Positions 36,547-50,707 are shown, counted from the first letter of the stretch. The stretch: 64,000 nt of DNA from Octopus vulgaris (GCA_951406725.2 OX597826.1:1550001-1614000); one strand, 5' to 3'. Translations and numbers: made by a program. Notes: a model not told the origin generated them from the sequence alone.

Positions 36547-37128
36547 CGCCCAGATACAGTATTTGGCAGTGGCCCTTATGGCTTCTGATCTTAACTAATT
36601 GAAAGTGTTATCATGTACATTGTTTTGTCTTGGTTTAAAAAGATGGGCTACAGCAAATATTCTGCTCAATACCACAGATTTGCTTGTCAGTTGTTTGACC
36701 ATAACCAGTTGACCATGTCTCTTAGTGGCTGACGATATACACATCTCTGATCACGAGCAGAAATAGTGGGGGTGGGGGCGTCATAGCCATGTCTTGACAG
36801 GAATTATTTGGGGTTTGGATAATTCCCCTTTTGAAACATGGGTATTTTGTTCAACATCCACAAACAACCCTTATTCAAGGACCTTTTGAGTGGGGTAAGC
36901 TATTCAACCTGAAGAAAATTCTAACTGGGCCCCACCTGCAAAGTCATGCACTGTTTATCTTGATATGAGATCACCATGTCGCACACATATGGTTGTGATG
37001 CATGTGCCTGGTATACCCTTCTCAGACGGGTAGTCATGATGGGTATACTGGGCTTTGTATATTTTACCCCAGTGTCACTGTGATGGCATGCACTGCTCTC
37101 TCACTCAATAATGATAATAATAATAATC
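36546..37128 (+). mobile_element. About 560-bp non-coding retroposon with (AAT)n tail, flanked by (AAT)n
   Basis: An inverted copy lies at 53690-54238. Both end GGCATGCACTGCTCTCTCACTC-(AAT)n. Confidence 0.75.
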
Positions 37129-37647
37129 CTTTCTACTGTAAGCTGAAGGCCTGAAATTGCAAGGGAGGACACGAGTCGATTGCATTGGTGCCAGGGCTCG
37201 ACTGGTGCCTCATTTCATTGACCCCAAAAAAGGATGAAAGACAAAGTTAACTTCAGCAGAATTTGAACTGAGAATGTAAATAATAATAATAATAATGATA
37301 ATCCTTTCTATTGTAGGTACAAGGCCTGAAATTATTGGGGAGAAGGGGACAGTCAATTACATCAACCCTGAAAAGATGAAAGGCAAAGTTGACCTTGGTG
37401 GAATTTGAACTTAGAACAAAGATGGGCAAAATACTGTTAAGCACTTTCTTCAGCATGCTAATGATTCTACCAGTTCACTGCCTTTTTGATACTCACATGG
37501 CTTTGGTTGGCCTAGGGCTATATTTGAAGACACTTTGCCTAAGGTTTCAGGAGATATTAAAAAGAAGAGGAAAAGAACTTGATATTTATGAAAGTCAAGA
37601 TGTTCTGATCTGAATAGATGTGGTTGGCATATCTACAATGATTTATA

Positions 37648-37785
37648 GAGGGAGAGAGAGAGAGAGGGAGAGAGAGAGGGAGAGAGTGAGAGAGGTGGAG
37701 AGAGAGAGAGAGGGAGAGAGTGAGAGAGGTGGAGAGAGAGAGAGTGACTGCTGCTGTATTTAAAGAGCAGATTTTCCTCAGTCCA
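37648..37785 (+). promoter_or_regulatory. Possible core promoter: (GA)n tract, TATTTAAA, Inr-like TCAGT
   Basis: TATTTAAA at 37757-37764 and TCAGT at 37778-37782, upstream of a unique region with a candidate first coding exon. The spacing is shorter than canonical. Confidence 0.25.
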
Positions 37786-38410
37786 TTGCTGATGTAGTAG
37801 AGGAATGCATTCTGCGTTTAATACTGAGGGTAGAAGGGAACATTATGAGTAATGCTTTCTTGATGAAGGTGGTGGTGGTGGTGGTGGTGGTTGGGGGGGA
37901 CTCTTGAATGAAAATATAATAAATAAAATTTTGGAAAGAAAACAATCTTTTTTTATCTTGATGTCTTAATAATAAAAATCTAGTTACATGAAAGAAAAAT
38001 TTTTTTTTATTTTTTTAAAAACCGGTAAAAACTTAAGAAATGAAGTGAAATGAAATTGAAGAATATCAGAAAGTGAAAGAGAAGAATTAAAGAGGAAATT
38101 TCATGAAAAGTTCTCTCTTCTGAAGCAGATCCGATCACGTCCATTATGAATTTTATACAATATTCTTTATAGCAACAAGCGGCATCTCAGCTTCTGGTCT
38201 GCGATGCTAAGATTACATCGATGGAGAATTCAGGAATTTTTATTATTACTATCAAGTCAGGCACCGATCTTTCCCCCATTCCTGCTTCCTCACTATATCC
38301 TCCTATCTCTCACTGCTACTTTTATTTTCCTCTCTCTTCCCCCCACTGCTCTCTCCTCCCCCTATTACTCTCTCTCTCTCTCAAAATACATCAACGCCAT
38401 TCACCAACAA

Positions 38411-38560
38411 ATGGCTAACAACATCAATGCACGGGGAAAGCTGGATTTTTGTGTGAGTCTGAAAAGGGAAAGAGCTGCAGCTATTGAATATTGCACAAGA
38501 ATCAATACATATAGATCACAGCGTATCACATCAGACGGCAACTGTCAAAAATGGTGCTCG
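38411..38560 (+). CDS. Candidate first coding exon of an unidentified gene (MANNINARGKLDFCVSLKRERAAAIEYC...QKWCS)
   Basis: caacaaATGG start context, 50 open codons of normal complexity, phase-0 donor TCG|gtacgg compatible with the exon at 60441. Confidence 0.4.
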
Positions 38561-38779
38561 GTACGGGGGAGTGGGGCTTGCTGGCAAAACAAGGAGGAAA
38601 AAAAAAGAAAAAACTCATTTTGTTATCGTATTGTTTCTGTCCTCAGTTTAGCTACAATTCCTATAAATTTGTCAATGTGTCTGTAAATATATGTGCATGT
38701 GTGTGTGTATGTATGTATATATATATATATATATATATATACATTTGTATGTGTGTGTATATATAGATATATTTGTGTG

Positions 38780-38829
<50 letters not shown>

Positions 38830-38996
38830 TATATATATATGTGAATCTGGAGATACAAATAGGAAAACAGAAGGCAAAACAAATATAAATTTTTTTATTA
38901 TTAATCAGAAGTTTAGAGTGACTCAAGAGCTTAGAGTTTCATATATTTACCAATGAGTCATGCTGTAACTTCTAATTATGTGTGTGTGTGTGTGTG

Positions 38997-39033
<37 letters not shown>

Positions 39034-39462
39034 GTGTGTATTCCCATGTATGTACATATACACACACAATCATATATATATATATATGTGTGTGTGGGTG
39101 GGAGAGCATGTGCATAAATGGTGAGGAGTACCCTATACATATCTTTTGTCTTGATCAAAATCTTAAGTTCCCATCATGCTTTCTGTTCATATCAAATATA
39201 CGTGTGTGTGTGTGTGTGGTGTGTGGTGTGTGTGTGGTGTGTGTGTGTGTGCATTTATTATTTCTGCTGTCTTTGTTATTCCCATCATTCATTTTGAATA
39301 CACACACACACACCTCATAATGTAATAATTTTAAAGCATAAACTAGTATATGTTATATAAAGAGCAAACGTTATTTTATCCACAACTCAGTACTAGAGGA
39401 AAATTGGTTGTGTGTGTGCGTGTGTATGTGTGTTTGTCTATGTATATGTATGTGTGTGTGTG

Positions 39463-39494
<32 letters not shown>

Positions 39495-39499
39495 ACATC

Positions 39500-39928
39500 A
39501 AATTCGAATCAAACCACAATTAAATGGAAATTGTAGTGGTGGCTGATGCCAGTGCTGCCTGAATGGCTCCCCGTGCCAGTGGCATGTATAAAGCACCATT
39601 CGAATGTGGTCGATGCCAGCCACCTCACACCGACTGGCTACTGTGCCAGTGGCATGCAAAAAGCACTATCCAAACGTGGCCAATGCCAGCACTGCTTTGA
39701 CTGGCTTCCATGCCAGTGGCATGTAAAAGCACCATCCAAATGTGGTTAATGCCAGTCCCCTCTGGCCCCCTGTGCCAGTCGCACATAAAAAGCACCCACT
39801 ACACTCCTGGAGTGGTTGGTGCTAGGAAGAGCATCGAGCAGTAGAAACACTGCCAGATCAGACTGGAGCCTGGTGCAGCCTCCTGGCTTCCCAGACCCCA
39901 GTCAAATCATCCAACCCATGCCAGCATA
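39500..39928 (+). mobile_element. RTE-related 3' UTR / SINE-like repeat with tandem units
   Basis: Same as 2690-3172. Confidence 0.75.
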
Positions 39929-40091
39929 CAATGGGCTTCTTTCAGTTTCTACCAAATCTACTTGCAAGGCTTTGGTCAGCCTGAGGCTATGGTAGAAGAC
40001 ATTTGCCAAAGGTTCTATGCAGTGGGACTGAACCCCAGAACCATGTGACCAAGAAGCAACAAGCCTCCTACCACACAACCTCTCCTGTGAC

Positions 40092-40136
<45 letters not shown>

Positions 40137-40924
40137 CAATTATTAAGGTGACTATTCGCAATTTACAACCAAAAGGCAACAAATAGGGTCATCACTAAAG
40201 TGACGGAGAGTTCTAGTGGGCACCGGCATTGCTTGCTTCCCAACCACATGGTTCTGGGTTGGGTCAATGAATCCCACTGCATTGTAACTTAGCAGTTCAG
40301 CAAAGAGGTCAATAGAATAAATACAAGGCTTAAAAATATAAAGTACTGGGGCTGATTTGTTCAACTGAGACCCTTCAAGACGGTGCCCCAGCATGGCCAC
40401 AGTCAAATGACTGAAACAAGTATAAGACACATATTTATCTGTGTGTGTGTGTGCACATACATGCATATGCATACATACATACATACAGACTGATACTTGT
40501 ACACAAACATGAATTCAAGGAACACATTCTGCAATTGCACAAATCTATGACCAAACAGAAAGCATGATGGTGCAATGGAAAGAATTCTCATTATTTTGAT
40601 CTAGATGAGTGATTATCACAAGCCACATGACAGTATTCACTTTCTGCATACGTGTATACACACACACACATTGGTATACAGTCTTCGTTATAAGAAGATA
40701 AAGAAGCTGCGATGGGAAACAAATTTGTAGGAATTAGATCCAGATGAAAGGGCTTTTTTTTCTATCAAAATGATCATCTAAGATACGTCCATGTTCACAC
40801 ACACACATGCAAAGATAGGTACACATATATTAGGCAGAGTAACCACGTGGTTCTGTGTTCAGACCCACTAAGTAGCATCGGGTTGACCAAATCCTCATGA
40901 GTTGATTTGGTAGGCAGAAACTGA

Positions 40925-41160
40925 AAGGCGGCAAATTGGCAGAAACGTTAGCACGCCGGGCGAAATGCTTAGCGGTATTTCATCTGCCACTACATTCTGA
41001 GTTCAAATTCCGCCGAGGTCGACTTTGTTTTTCATCCTTTCAGGGTCGATTAAATAAGTACCAGTTACACACTGGGGTCGATACAATTGACCATCCATTT
41101 GTCTGTCCTTGTTTGTCCCTTCTGTGTGTAACCCCTTGTGGGCAGTTAAAAAAATAAACC
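40925..41160 (+). mobile_element. SINE family B (MetaSINE-like), nested in a family A SINE
   Basis: Near-consensus copy; host sequence AAACTGAAAG / AAACCGAAAG is duplicated on both sides. Confidence 0.85.
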
Positions 41161-41219
41161 GAAAGAAGCCTGTTGAGTGTGTGTGTGTGTGCGTATATAT
41201 ACATATATGTATATGTGTA

Positions 41220-41262
<43 letters not shown>

Positions 41263-42142
41263 ATATATATATGTATAGATATGTGTGCATGTGTATGTAC
41301 CTTTGTGTTTGTCCCCCACCACTGATTGATGAATGGTTTGTTTACATCCCTGTAACTTAGCAGTTCAGCAAAGGAGACTGATAGGATAAATACCATGCTT
41401 TGAAAAGAAAAAGGACCGGGGGTTGATTCATAATTAAATTTCTTCAGGGTGGTGCCCCAGCATGGTCGCAATCTAATGACTGAAACAAGTAAAAGATAAA
41501 AGATTTTTGCATAAATGCCATGGCTGTGTGATTAAGAATCTCACTTTGCAATGGTGTTGTTTCAAGTTCAGTCCCACTGCATGGCACCTTGGGCAAGTTA
41601 TCTTTTACCATATCCTACAACACACACAGAGCTTATATCTTATCTGTTAAATGTTGCAGCCATTAGGCTATGGCCATGCTAGAGCACCGCCTTGAAGAGT
41701 TTTAGTCGAACAAATTGACTTCAGTATCTATTTCTTTAAGTTTAGTACTCACTGTATCAATCTCTTGCCAGACTGCTAACTTAGGGGATGTAAACAAACC
41801 AACACTGGTTGTCAAGTGGTGGTGGTGGTGGAACAAAACACAACACACAAACACACACATGCATATATGTATTTATACACAGTCAAGTATATGTCTGATA
41901 ATAGTGTGACCAATGGTTTTTGCATCCATAAAGTGCTTAGCTTTATGGACGATTCATCAGATTCTAATGGCGAAGGGCATATACCTCTTCAAACTGTGGA
42001 GGTAGAATTCTGTTATGGTCAGTTAGTAAACAAAGAATAAACCCCAAAATCAACCTTGTGGGTCAGCAAGGACAGGTTATCTCCATGAGTTGAGTTCAGT
42101 TGGCAGACTATACAGGCTAAAATGGCAGACAGGGAACTCTGC

Positions 42143-42186
<44 letters not shown>

Positions 42187-43629
42187 CATGCTTCTACAGT
42201 TTACATCTGTCAAATTTACTCATAAGGTACTGGCTGACCTAGGGCTATAGCAGAAGATAATCACCCAAGGGTCCATGCAGTGAGACTGAACTTGAAATGC
42301 CACAGTTGTAAAGTGAGCTATGAAGTGTGTGTGTGAATATGGATGCAATTTAGAAGCTGGTCATTTGGATAATAAAATTTTTCATCTGGATTTAATTTGT
42401 GTGAATCTGTTTCTCATCACAATTTCTGTTCCTTCTGATAATGAAGACTGTATATATGTAACTATACACTCTGTGTATGTGTGTGTGTGTGTGTGTGTGC
42501 ATGCTCACATAAAAAGGGAGTGCTGGCATTTATGGATTATAATAATCACTCATCTAGATCAAAATTACGAGAATTCTTGCCATCATGCCATCATGCTTTC
42601 TCTATGATCATAGATTTGTGCCTTCGTGTGCATGTGTACATGTATAGAATCTGTATATCTTTATATGTATATATATATAAATAAATGTATGGATGTTATG
42701 AGTAATCATGCTCCATATGCAAGTGTACATGCACATGCAAGTGTATGCATATATTTATATGTATTTTAGCATATAAATATGCAATGCTTTTGAGTGTATG
42801 TATGCATATATGTAAGAATTGTCCCATGTGGTTTTCATTTTAGGAGGAGGAGAACTAGAGAGCTATTAAAGGGAGGTTATACCTGCAGCATTCAACATGC
42901 TGATCAATTAATCATATCCCAGCATGTTTTACCTAAATATTTTCGGCAGAGTTATTACTTGCTTTGAAATATGAAATAAATCAGACTAACGTCCGTTTGA
43001 TGGTTTAGTCTTTGTTCATTATCAGAGCTAGGCTTGCCAGATTAAGCTACAAGTCTTGAATTATTGTAGCTTTCAGGACTGCACACTGCAGCAGCAGCAG
43101 CAATAATAATAATAATAATAATAATAATAATTATTATTATTATTATTAATTTGGACTACTGGTTACCTTAAAATTTTAACTGTAAGTATTCTATTGAATA
43201 CCATATGAAAATACTGACTTTGTAAATTTGAACAGACCAACAGGTAAAGTTTCGTGTGTTTGTGTGATCACCTTTTTTTTTTAACAACCTCCTTTCCATC
43301 CTTGCATGGATCAAATGGAGTTTATTGAGGTTAGATTTTCTACAGCCCGATGGCCTTTCTAGTTACCGGCCCTCACTTGTTTTGAAACAAAGTAGTATTT
43401 CCCCATGGCCAGATATTTTATATATAGATTTGTGACTATTCAGTGGTACAGAAGTATTTTTTGACTTCTATTTTTAGCAATATAGGAACACATGTAGTAC
43501 CCTTGTGTATATATGGACATATCTAATATTGTATGTATTTTATTAACTTGCCTGTATGGCTGATAATACGCTTACCACTCGTGATGGTATTTTAATAATA
43601 TCATCCCTATATAATTATCTATACATATG

Positions 43630-43672
<43 letters not shown>

Positions 43673-44351
43673 CAGGCACGGATGTATGGTAAGAAGCTTT
43701 TTTCCCAACCACATGGTTCAGGTTTCAGTCCCACTGCGTGGCACCTTGGGCAAGTGTCTTCTACTATAGCCTCAGACTGACCAAAGCCTTGTGAGTGGAT
43801 TTGGTAGATGGAAACTGAATGAAGTCCATTGTGTGTGTGTATACATATGGATGTGCTAGATTTACGAAGAATAAGTCTTGGGGTCGATTTGACTACAACC
43901 CTTTAAGGCAATGCTCCAGCATGGCCACAGTCAAATGACTGAAACAAGTAAAAGAATAAACGAATATATCATCATCATCATTCCAATGTTCACTTTGCTA
44001 TTCTTGCAGGGGATTTCACTGAGCCAGATTTTCTACAGCCAAAGACACCGTTCGTGTCACCAACTCTCATCAGCTTCCAAGCACATCAGTAATTTGCCCA
44101 TGGTCAGACATGTTATTTGCAGGGTACTAGAAGTGAATAACACTGCTTGTATGACAGTCATAGTTTAGAATTGTTTTGGAATGTCATATCAAGGAGATAC
44201 AACCACACACTTGATTATTTCAACCCCTGTACTTGACTGATACTTCTGTTTTGTAGATCCTGGAAGAATGAAAGACAAAATTGTCTTTTTTTTAGGAATT
44301 GAGCTCAAGGACAAAGCAAAGTATTTCTTTCTGACAAACAGCTTTCCTTAA

Positions 44352-44762
44352 TCTTTTAGCATTGAGAATATTCTTTTCTACTCTAGACACAAGTCCCGAA
44401 ATTTTGGGGAAGGGGGCAGTCGATTAGATCAACCCCCGTACCCAACTGTTGCTTAATTTATCGACTCCGAAAGGATGAAAGGCAAAGTTGACCTCAGCGG
44501 AATTTGAACTCAGAATGTAAAGACAGATGAAATACTGCTGAGTGTTTCGCCCACCAAGCTAACGTTTCTGCCTCAGCATTCAGAATATTCTATTAAACTT
44601 ACATTATTTTATATTTATCATTATTTTGTAGCTCTGAGATTTCAATGATGTCGTTTATTTTTAGAGTATGGTTTTTAGGCATGAGAGGCTGGATTTGACC
44701 AGTTTGAATATAAAATTGGCAGAATATTTTGACTGGATATGGCCAGTTTAAGTGCTAAGGGG
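44352..44762. mobile_element. piggyBac-like MITE, family 2, with a nested family B SINE (44374-44574, minus strand)
   Basis: TTAA|TCTTTTAGCA...TGCTAAGGGG|TTAA. The SINE is flanked by the 16-bp duplication AGCATT(G/C)AGAATATTC. Other family 2 pieces lie at ~7415-7626, ~35211-35335 and ~59778-59980. Confidence 0.8.
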
Positions 44763-45024
44763 TTAAAGAACTATAATAATAATGGTTTCTAATTTCATAA
44801 TATCACAACAACAATGATTACTAATAACAGCGCAAGGGTATGAGTTTTTGTGAGAGGGTGTAACCCCTTGAAATCAATCCGGGTAGCTGACTGTCATTTA
44901 TGATAATTGGTTTTAAACCTAAGACAAGGCCACCCCTAATGAGACTTGAATTTAGAAAGGGGAAAAGAAGGTTCTAGCTTGTAGGAAAGCCTTCTTGCCT
45001 TCTTATGCAACTATGGGTGTGTAT

Positions 45025-45224
45025 GGATGGATAGATAGATGGATAGATAGATAGATAGATTCATAGAAAGATGGATAGACAGATAGATAGATGGATAGAT
45101 AGATAGATGGATAGATTCATAGACAGATGGATAGATAGATGGATAGATTCATAGAAAGATGGATGGATAGATAGATGGATGGATAGATAGATGGATAGAT
45201 TCATAGACAGATGGATAGATAGAT
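45025..45224. repeat. (GATA/GATG)n tetranucleotide tract with higher-order GATTCATAGA unit
   Basis: Direct reading; four GATTCATAGA interruptions. Confidence 0.9.
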
Positions 45225-45691
45225 GCAGGTGTTGCTGTATGGTAAGAAGCTTCATTTCCAACCACATAGTTATGGTTTCAGTCCTATTGCATGGCACCCT
45301 GGGCCTTCTATTATGGCCTCAGGCTGACCAAAGCCTTATGAGTGGATTTTGTAAACGGAAACTGAAACAACCTCATCGTGTGTGTGTGTGTGTCTGTGTG
45401 TGTGTGTGTCTGTGCGTGCGTGTTTTTCCCTCTGCCATTGCTTGACAGCTGATGCTGGTGTGTTTATGTTCCTGTAACTTAGTGGTTCAGCAAAAAAGAA
45501 CAATAGAGTAAAAGAGAACGATATATTTATATATAGGTGTAGGTTGCTCTCCAGCCTTGTGGTCCGTGGTTCAGTCCCACTGCATGGCACCATGGGCAAG
45601 TGTCTTCTACTTTAGCCCTGGATTAACCAAAGCCTTGTAAGTAGATTTGGTAGATGGAAATTGAAAGAATACCTGGTCACACACACACACA

Positions 45692-45722
<31 letters not shown>

Positions 45723-45894
45723 ACTGTTGTCTTGACATGGTGTGATGATTTTAAATGAGCATCAATGTATGTAGGCGTGTTTATGTGTGTGTGTACATGA
45801 AGAACAGGCATTTATATCACTCTCCCAGTAATCATTCAAGTGGATCACATATTCTTAGAAATTATTCCTTTTCTGCTTCAATAAATACAAGCAA

Positions 45895-46200
45895 AGAGAA
45901 GGAGGAGAAACAAAGGAGGAGGTGGTGAAGAAAATAGAGGAAGAGGAGGAGGAAGAGAAGGAGAAGAAAAGGAAGACAAGGAGAGGAAAAGAAAAGGAAG
46001 AGGAGAGGAAGAAAAAGAGGAAGATAAGGAGAGCAAGAGAAAGAGGAGGAAGAATAGGAGGAGGAAAAGAAGAAAGCAGAAAAGGAAAAGGAGGAAGAGG
46101 CAGAAGCTGAAGAAGAAGTAGGGGGAGGAAGAAGAGGGAGGGATAAGAATGAGGAAGAAGACAGAGGGAGAAGAAGAAGAAGAAGAAGATGGAGGAGAAG
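45895..46200. repeat. Polypurine (GAA/GAG) low-complexity tract
   Basis: Direct reading. Confidence 0.9.
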
Positions 46201-48527
46201 AAATGGTTGGTATGGACAGCATCCATTAGAGTCGGAGCCTTCAAACTCTGATAACTGAGCTCAGCTTTACTTGCTAACTAACCAACCAAAGCGCCACCAT
46301 TTCCTTTGTTCTTGTTGACCATCTCTAATTTTGGAAGTTGATTTTCATATTTCATAGTTTCTCTTTAATCCAACCACGACGACAACTAAAACGAACTGCG
46401 ACAGTAATTACAGAAAATAAAATTAAAAGATACAAAAACTAACGAAAATAAACAACAAAGAAAATCTCGCCAAAACACTGTTGCTCTCGTTTCATTATTA
46501 TTATTATTATTATTATTATTGTTATTATTGTTATTATTATCATTATTATAATCATTATTGTATTTCATGTGTGCAGACGTCATATTTCATTGGGTTGGGT
46601 GATAAAATTTCTGTTCAAGGTCGATCGATAATTTTGTGTGTCCAAAAAAAAAAGATCTACTTCAGTGGAAACATTTATGGCCGTTTGCAGGAAACCTCCC
46701 AGAATTCCCCTTCACCATTCTTTGCTAGTGAATTTAACAATATGGGTTTTATGTTCATCATACTCTTCCTCCTCCTCTTCTTTTTATTCCTATTGTTCAT
46801 TTCGTTGCTGTTCCTTTTGTTATCATCATCATCATTATTATCAATTTTATTATTACCATTATTATTATTATCATCATAATTGATTGCCTGTTTCTCTTAC
46901 CCAGACCAAGACTGTTGAGTGTTTGGCATCAGGATTATATATACACATATATATATATATACACATATATATATATATAGTTTGTGTTGTTGCTGGTGGT
47001 GGTGTTGTTGTACTGCTTGTTGTTGTTGTTGTTATGGATGTGGTTTGTTTGCAGTCTTTTCATATGCTTCTTGTAGTTGTAGTGGTGGTGGTGATGGTGT
47101 TTCTTGTTCTTGTTGATGTCTTACTTGTTGTTTAGCAACCTGGGGTCACCCTGACTGAACTAACCAATAACTAAAGGCTTTCCAACAATGACCATCCCAT
47201 CATGTTTTCTAGAGTGGTAGTATTTCTTGTCCTTGTTGTTGCAATTCTTATATTGCTGTTTAACCCTGGGACTATCCTGAGTGAGCTGACCAATGGTCAA
47301 AGACATATCAAAAGGATTCCAACAATGACCAACCTATCTTTTTTTTCCCCCACATTATTAAATTCATCCTAATTTTTCTAAAAACAGTAAGGTGTGATTT
47401 GAGGGAAATTTGGCTACTATTTCTAGCTGATCGAACAACTATGTAGAGGCTCCCTCATACCGCTACTGTAGTAGTTGTTGCATTACACAGTTGTTATTGT
47501 TGCTGTTGTCGTTCATGGTGATAGAGGTTTTAGTTGCTGCAGTTGTTTAACCATGCTATCATTGTTTAGCCCTAGGCCACCCTCCATCAGGCTGACCTAT
47601 GATCAAAGACACTTCTACCTCGACCACTGCAACTCTACACCTGATGTATTAAGAACTTACATTATCCCGACACATCTCTCCATTTCTTTTAATTTATTTC
47701 AAGATCATGAGGTATGATGCGAGAGAGATTTGGCTCCTATTTCTAGCAAGCCCATTGACCACTTATAGCCACCCTCATTAAGTTGGTAGTAGTTGTAGTA
47801 GGATATTTCTATGCTTGTTGTTGTTGTTCTAATTACATTTTTGTTGTTGTAGTAATAGTTGTTTGTTTGTTTCGAGTTTATAATTTTATCTCGTTGTTGT
47901 TGTTGTTGTCGTTATTGTAGACGATGTTGATGCTGTTGTGGTTGTTGCCGTGTTCATTGGTGTGTTTATTGCTGTGATATTGTTGTGGCGTTTGGTTTGG
48001 TTCATTTCCCAGTCTACTGAAACACGTGACTTTGAAATGGTTATATGGGAGAGAAAGATGAAAGGAGGAGGAGGAGAAAAGGAAAATGAGGTAAAGAGAA
48101 AGAGAGAGAGAGAGAAGGGGAGCGAGGAGGAATATAAGGGAATGTGTGTGTGTGTAATGGTATGACATTGTATGCAGATAAAGCTCTTTAGAGGAGAGGG
48201 ACTGCTCGTTTGATTTTGAATATGAATTAGTAATTGAGAAAAAAGAAAATATTAGGGTCACAAAAAATAGGCAGAGTTATGGTCACGTGTGTGTGTATAA
48301 ATGTATATGTGTGTGTGTGTATATATATATTTATATATGTAGTCGATGAGAAGTACATTTAAGCCTCGTTCCCGATAAGCAGATTTAGCCGCTCTCTCTC
48401 AGTCTGTCTAAATGTGTGTGTGTGTGTATGTGTGTGTACACAAGAAGAGGAAAAGAGAAGTAAAATCAGAAAAATTGATGACAAAAGAAACAAGAAAAAT
48501 ATTAGTGGTGAATGTTTGACAAAAGAT

Positions 48528-48812
48528 GGAGAGAGAGAGAGTGCGAGAGAGAGTATGAGCAAGAGAGAGCAAGAGAGAGAGAGTATGAGGAAGAAAGAGC
48601 AAGAGAGAGAGCGTATGAGGAAGAAAGAGCAAGAGAGAGAGAGTGAGAGAGAGAGAGAAAGAGAGATAGAGAGAGAGAGAGAGAGAGCATGAGAGAGCGA
48701 GAGAGATAGAGTGAGAGAGAGAGAGAGCAAGAGAGAGAGATTGAAAGAGAGAAAGAGAGTAAGAGGGAGAAAGAGAGCAAGAGAGAGAGCAGGTGAGAGA
48801 GAGAGAGAAAGG
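48528..48812. repeat. (GA)n-derived tract with ~30-bp higher-order repeats
   Basis: GAGAGAGAGYRTATGAGGAAGAAAGAGCAA-like units. Confidence 0.9.
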
Positions 48813-49821
48813 GTAGAATATGCATAAGTGAAAGTAAGTCGCTATAATTTTGTTTGGATTTTAATGTGAAAATATCAAAGAGCAACCTATGCAACCACCA
48901 TAACAGAAGAAACCATTTTTATTGGAACTGTTACCGATATTATTGGCAAAACTGTCAGCGTAGTATTTGTTCCAGCTCTTTGTGATCTGGTTTCAAATCC
49001 TACTAACAGTAAACTTCAATTTATCAACTCTGAGACGATGTAAAAGAAAGATACCAGTTAAATACTTGGGGTCTGTAGCATTGATCAGAACCCCCACCAC
49101 ATCCAAATTTGTTGCCTTATGTTAGAAACAATTATCTTATAATAACTCTGCTGGTTCCTCCGTTACGTAGCCTTTCCGTAACACTTCCATGGGATTCGTT
49201 GAAGGAGAGAGGAAGTGGTGGTGGTGATGAGTAAATGTGTAATTTTTGTCCTCCTCCATAACTTAGCCTGTCTGTAATGCTTTCACATGATTACTTGAAG
49301 GAAAAGGTGAAGAGGGTAAAGCGAAGGGTGTGTATTATGTCTATAAGATTGTGCATGGAGTATATAAAGTGTGTATGTATAAAGTTCATTTAGTAATCAT
49401 TGTATTCCAATTTCCTTCACTCTTCAATGGTTAGCAGACAATCATTTGGGACAGACACAACACAGGTTATGCCTTCAGGTCTTTTGGATAAAGTTTTCAG
49501 AAATAACCCAATAAGTTTACCATTAATTCCATTAAATATTCACAAGTCCCGCTCGTTATTATTAAGCCCTGATTGCATTTTTGCAATGCAAAACCTGCTC
49601 CAACTTGTTTGGACGTGAAATCGCTGGGAAGAATACTGACCAAGCATAGGAAAAGTTCAGTTGGGAGTCGACATCCGTAGCTAACAGCTGCATACTGTTC
49701 TTCTCTTTCAGATTGTGAAAGCTTACCATAATGTTTAATCTAAATACAGGGAAATTCTAAGACTTCATTTTTAAGGGTGAAATCTATAAAGTTGTGCATA
49801 AATATATAAAGTGTACAAAAT

Positions 49822-50130
49822 GTTTGTTGTTTGTTCCTTTTTGAGCCATATCTGGCTCATAAGGGCCAGTTTCCTGGTTTCCTTGGCGTATAGGTTCCCC
49901 ACCTGGACGGGACGCTGGTCTGTCACAGGTGAGATGCAAGATGCAGGAGGAAAGAGTGAGAGAAAGTTGTGGCAAAAGAGTCAGCAGAACTTCACCATTA
50001 CCTTCTGCCGGAGCTGCGTGGAGCTTAGATGTTTCGCTCATAAACACACACATCTCCCAGTCTGAGATTCGAACCCATGATCCCTCGACCGCGAGTCCGC
50101 TGCTCTAACCACTAGGCCATGTGCCTCCAC
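49822..50130 (-). mobile_element. SINE family C, full length
   Basis: Reverse complement of 19431-19733; AAAGTGTA is present on both flanks. Confidence 0.88.
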
Positions 50131-50331
50131 AAAGTGTATATATAAAGTGCATTTAATAATCACCGTATTCCAATTTCCTTCACTTTTCAATGATTAGCAG
50201 ATGAGCGACTGTCTTTTGGTACAGACACAACACAGGCTATGCCTTCGGGTCTTTTGGATAAGGTTTCCAGAAATAACTCAATAAGTTTACCATTAACACC
50301 GTGAAATATTCATGGGTCCCACTAATTATTA

Positions 50332-50707
50332 AGGTGCAGGAGTGGCTGTGTGGTAAGTAGCTTGCTTACCAACCACATGGTTCTGGGTTCAGCCCCACAG
50401 CATGGCACCTTGGGCAAGTGTCTTCTACTATAGCCTTGGGCCGACCAAAGCTTTATAAGTGGATTTGGTAGATGGAAACTGAAAGAAGCCTGTCGTATAT
50501 ATGTATGTGTGTGTGTGTTTGTCCCCCAACATTGCTTGACAACTGATGCTGGTGTGTTTACGTCCCTGTAACTTAGTGGTTCAGCAAAAGAGACTGATAG
50601 AATAAGTACTAGGCTTACAAAGAATAAGTCCTGGGGTCGATTTCTTCGACTAAAGGCAGTGCTCCAGCATGGCCACAGTCAAATGACTGAAAAAAGTAAA
50701 AGAGTAA
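50332..50707 (+). mobile_element. SINE family A, full length
   Basis: Near-consensus copy. Confidence 0.9.

Noticed and set aside
45855-46244. Hydrophobic or charged ORFs
   Set aside because: Translation of a polypurine/polypyrimidine tract.
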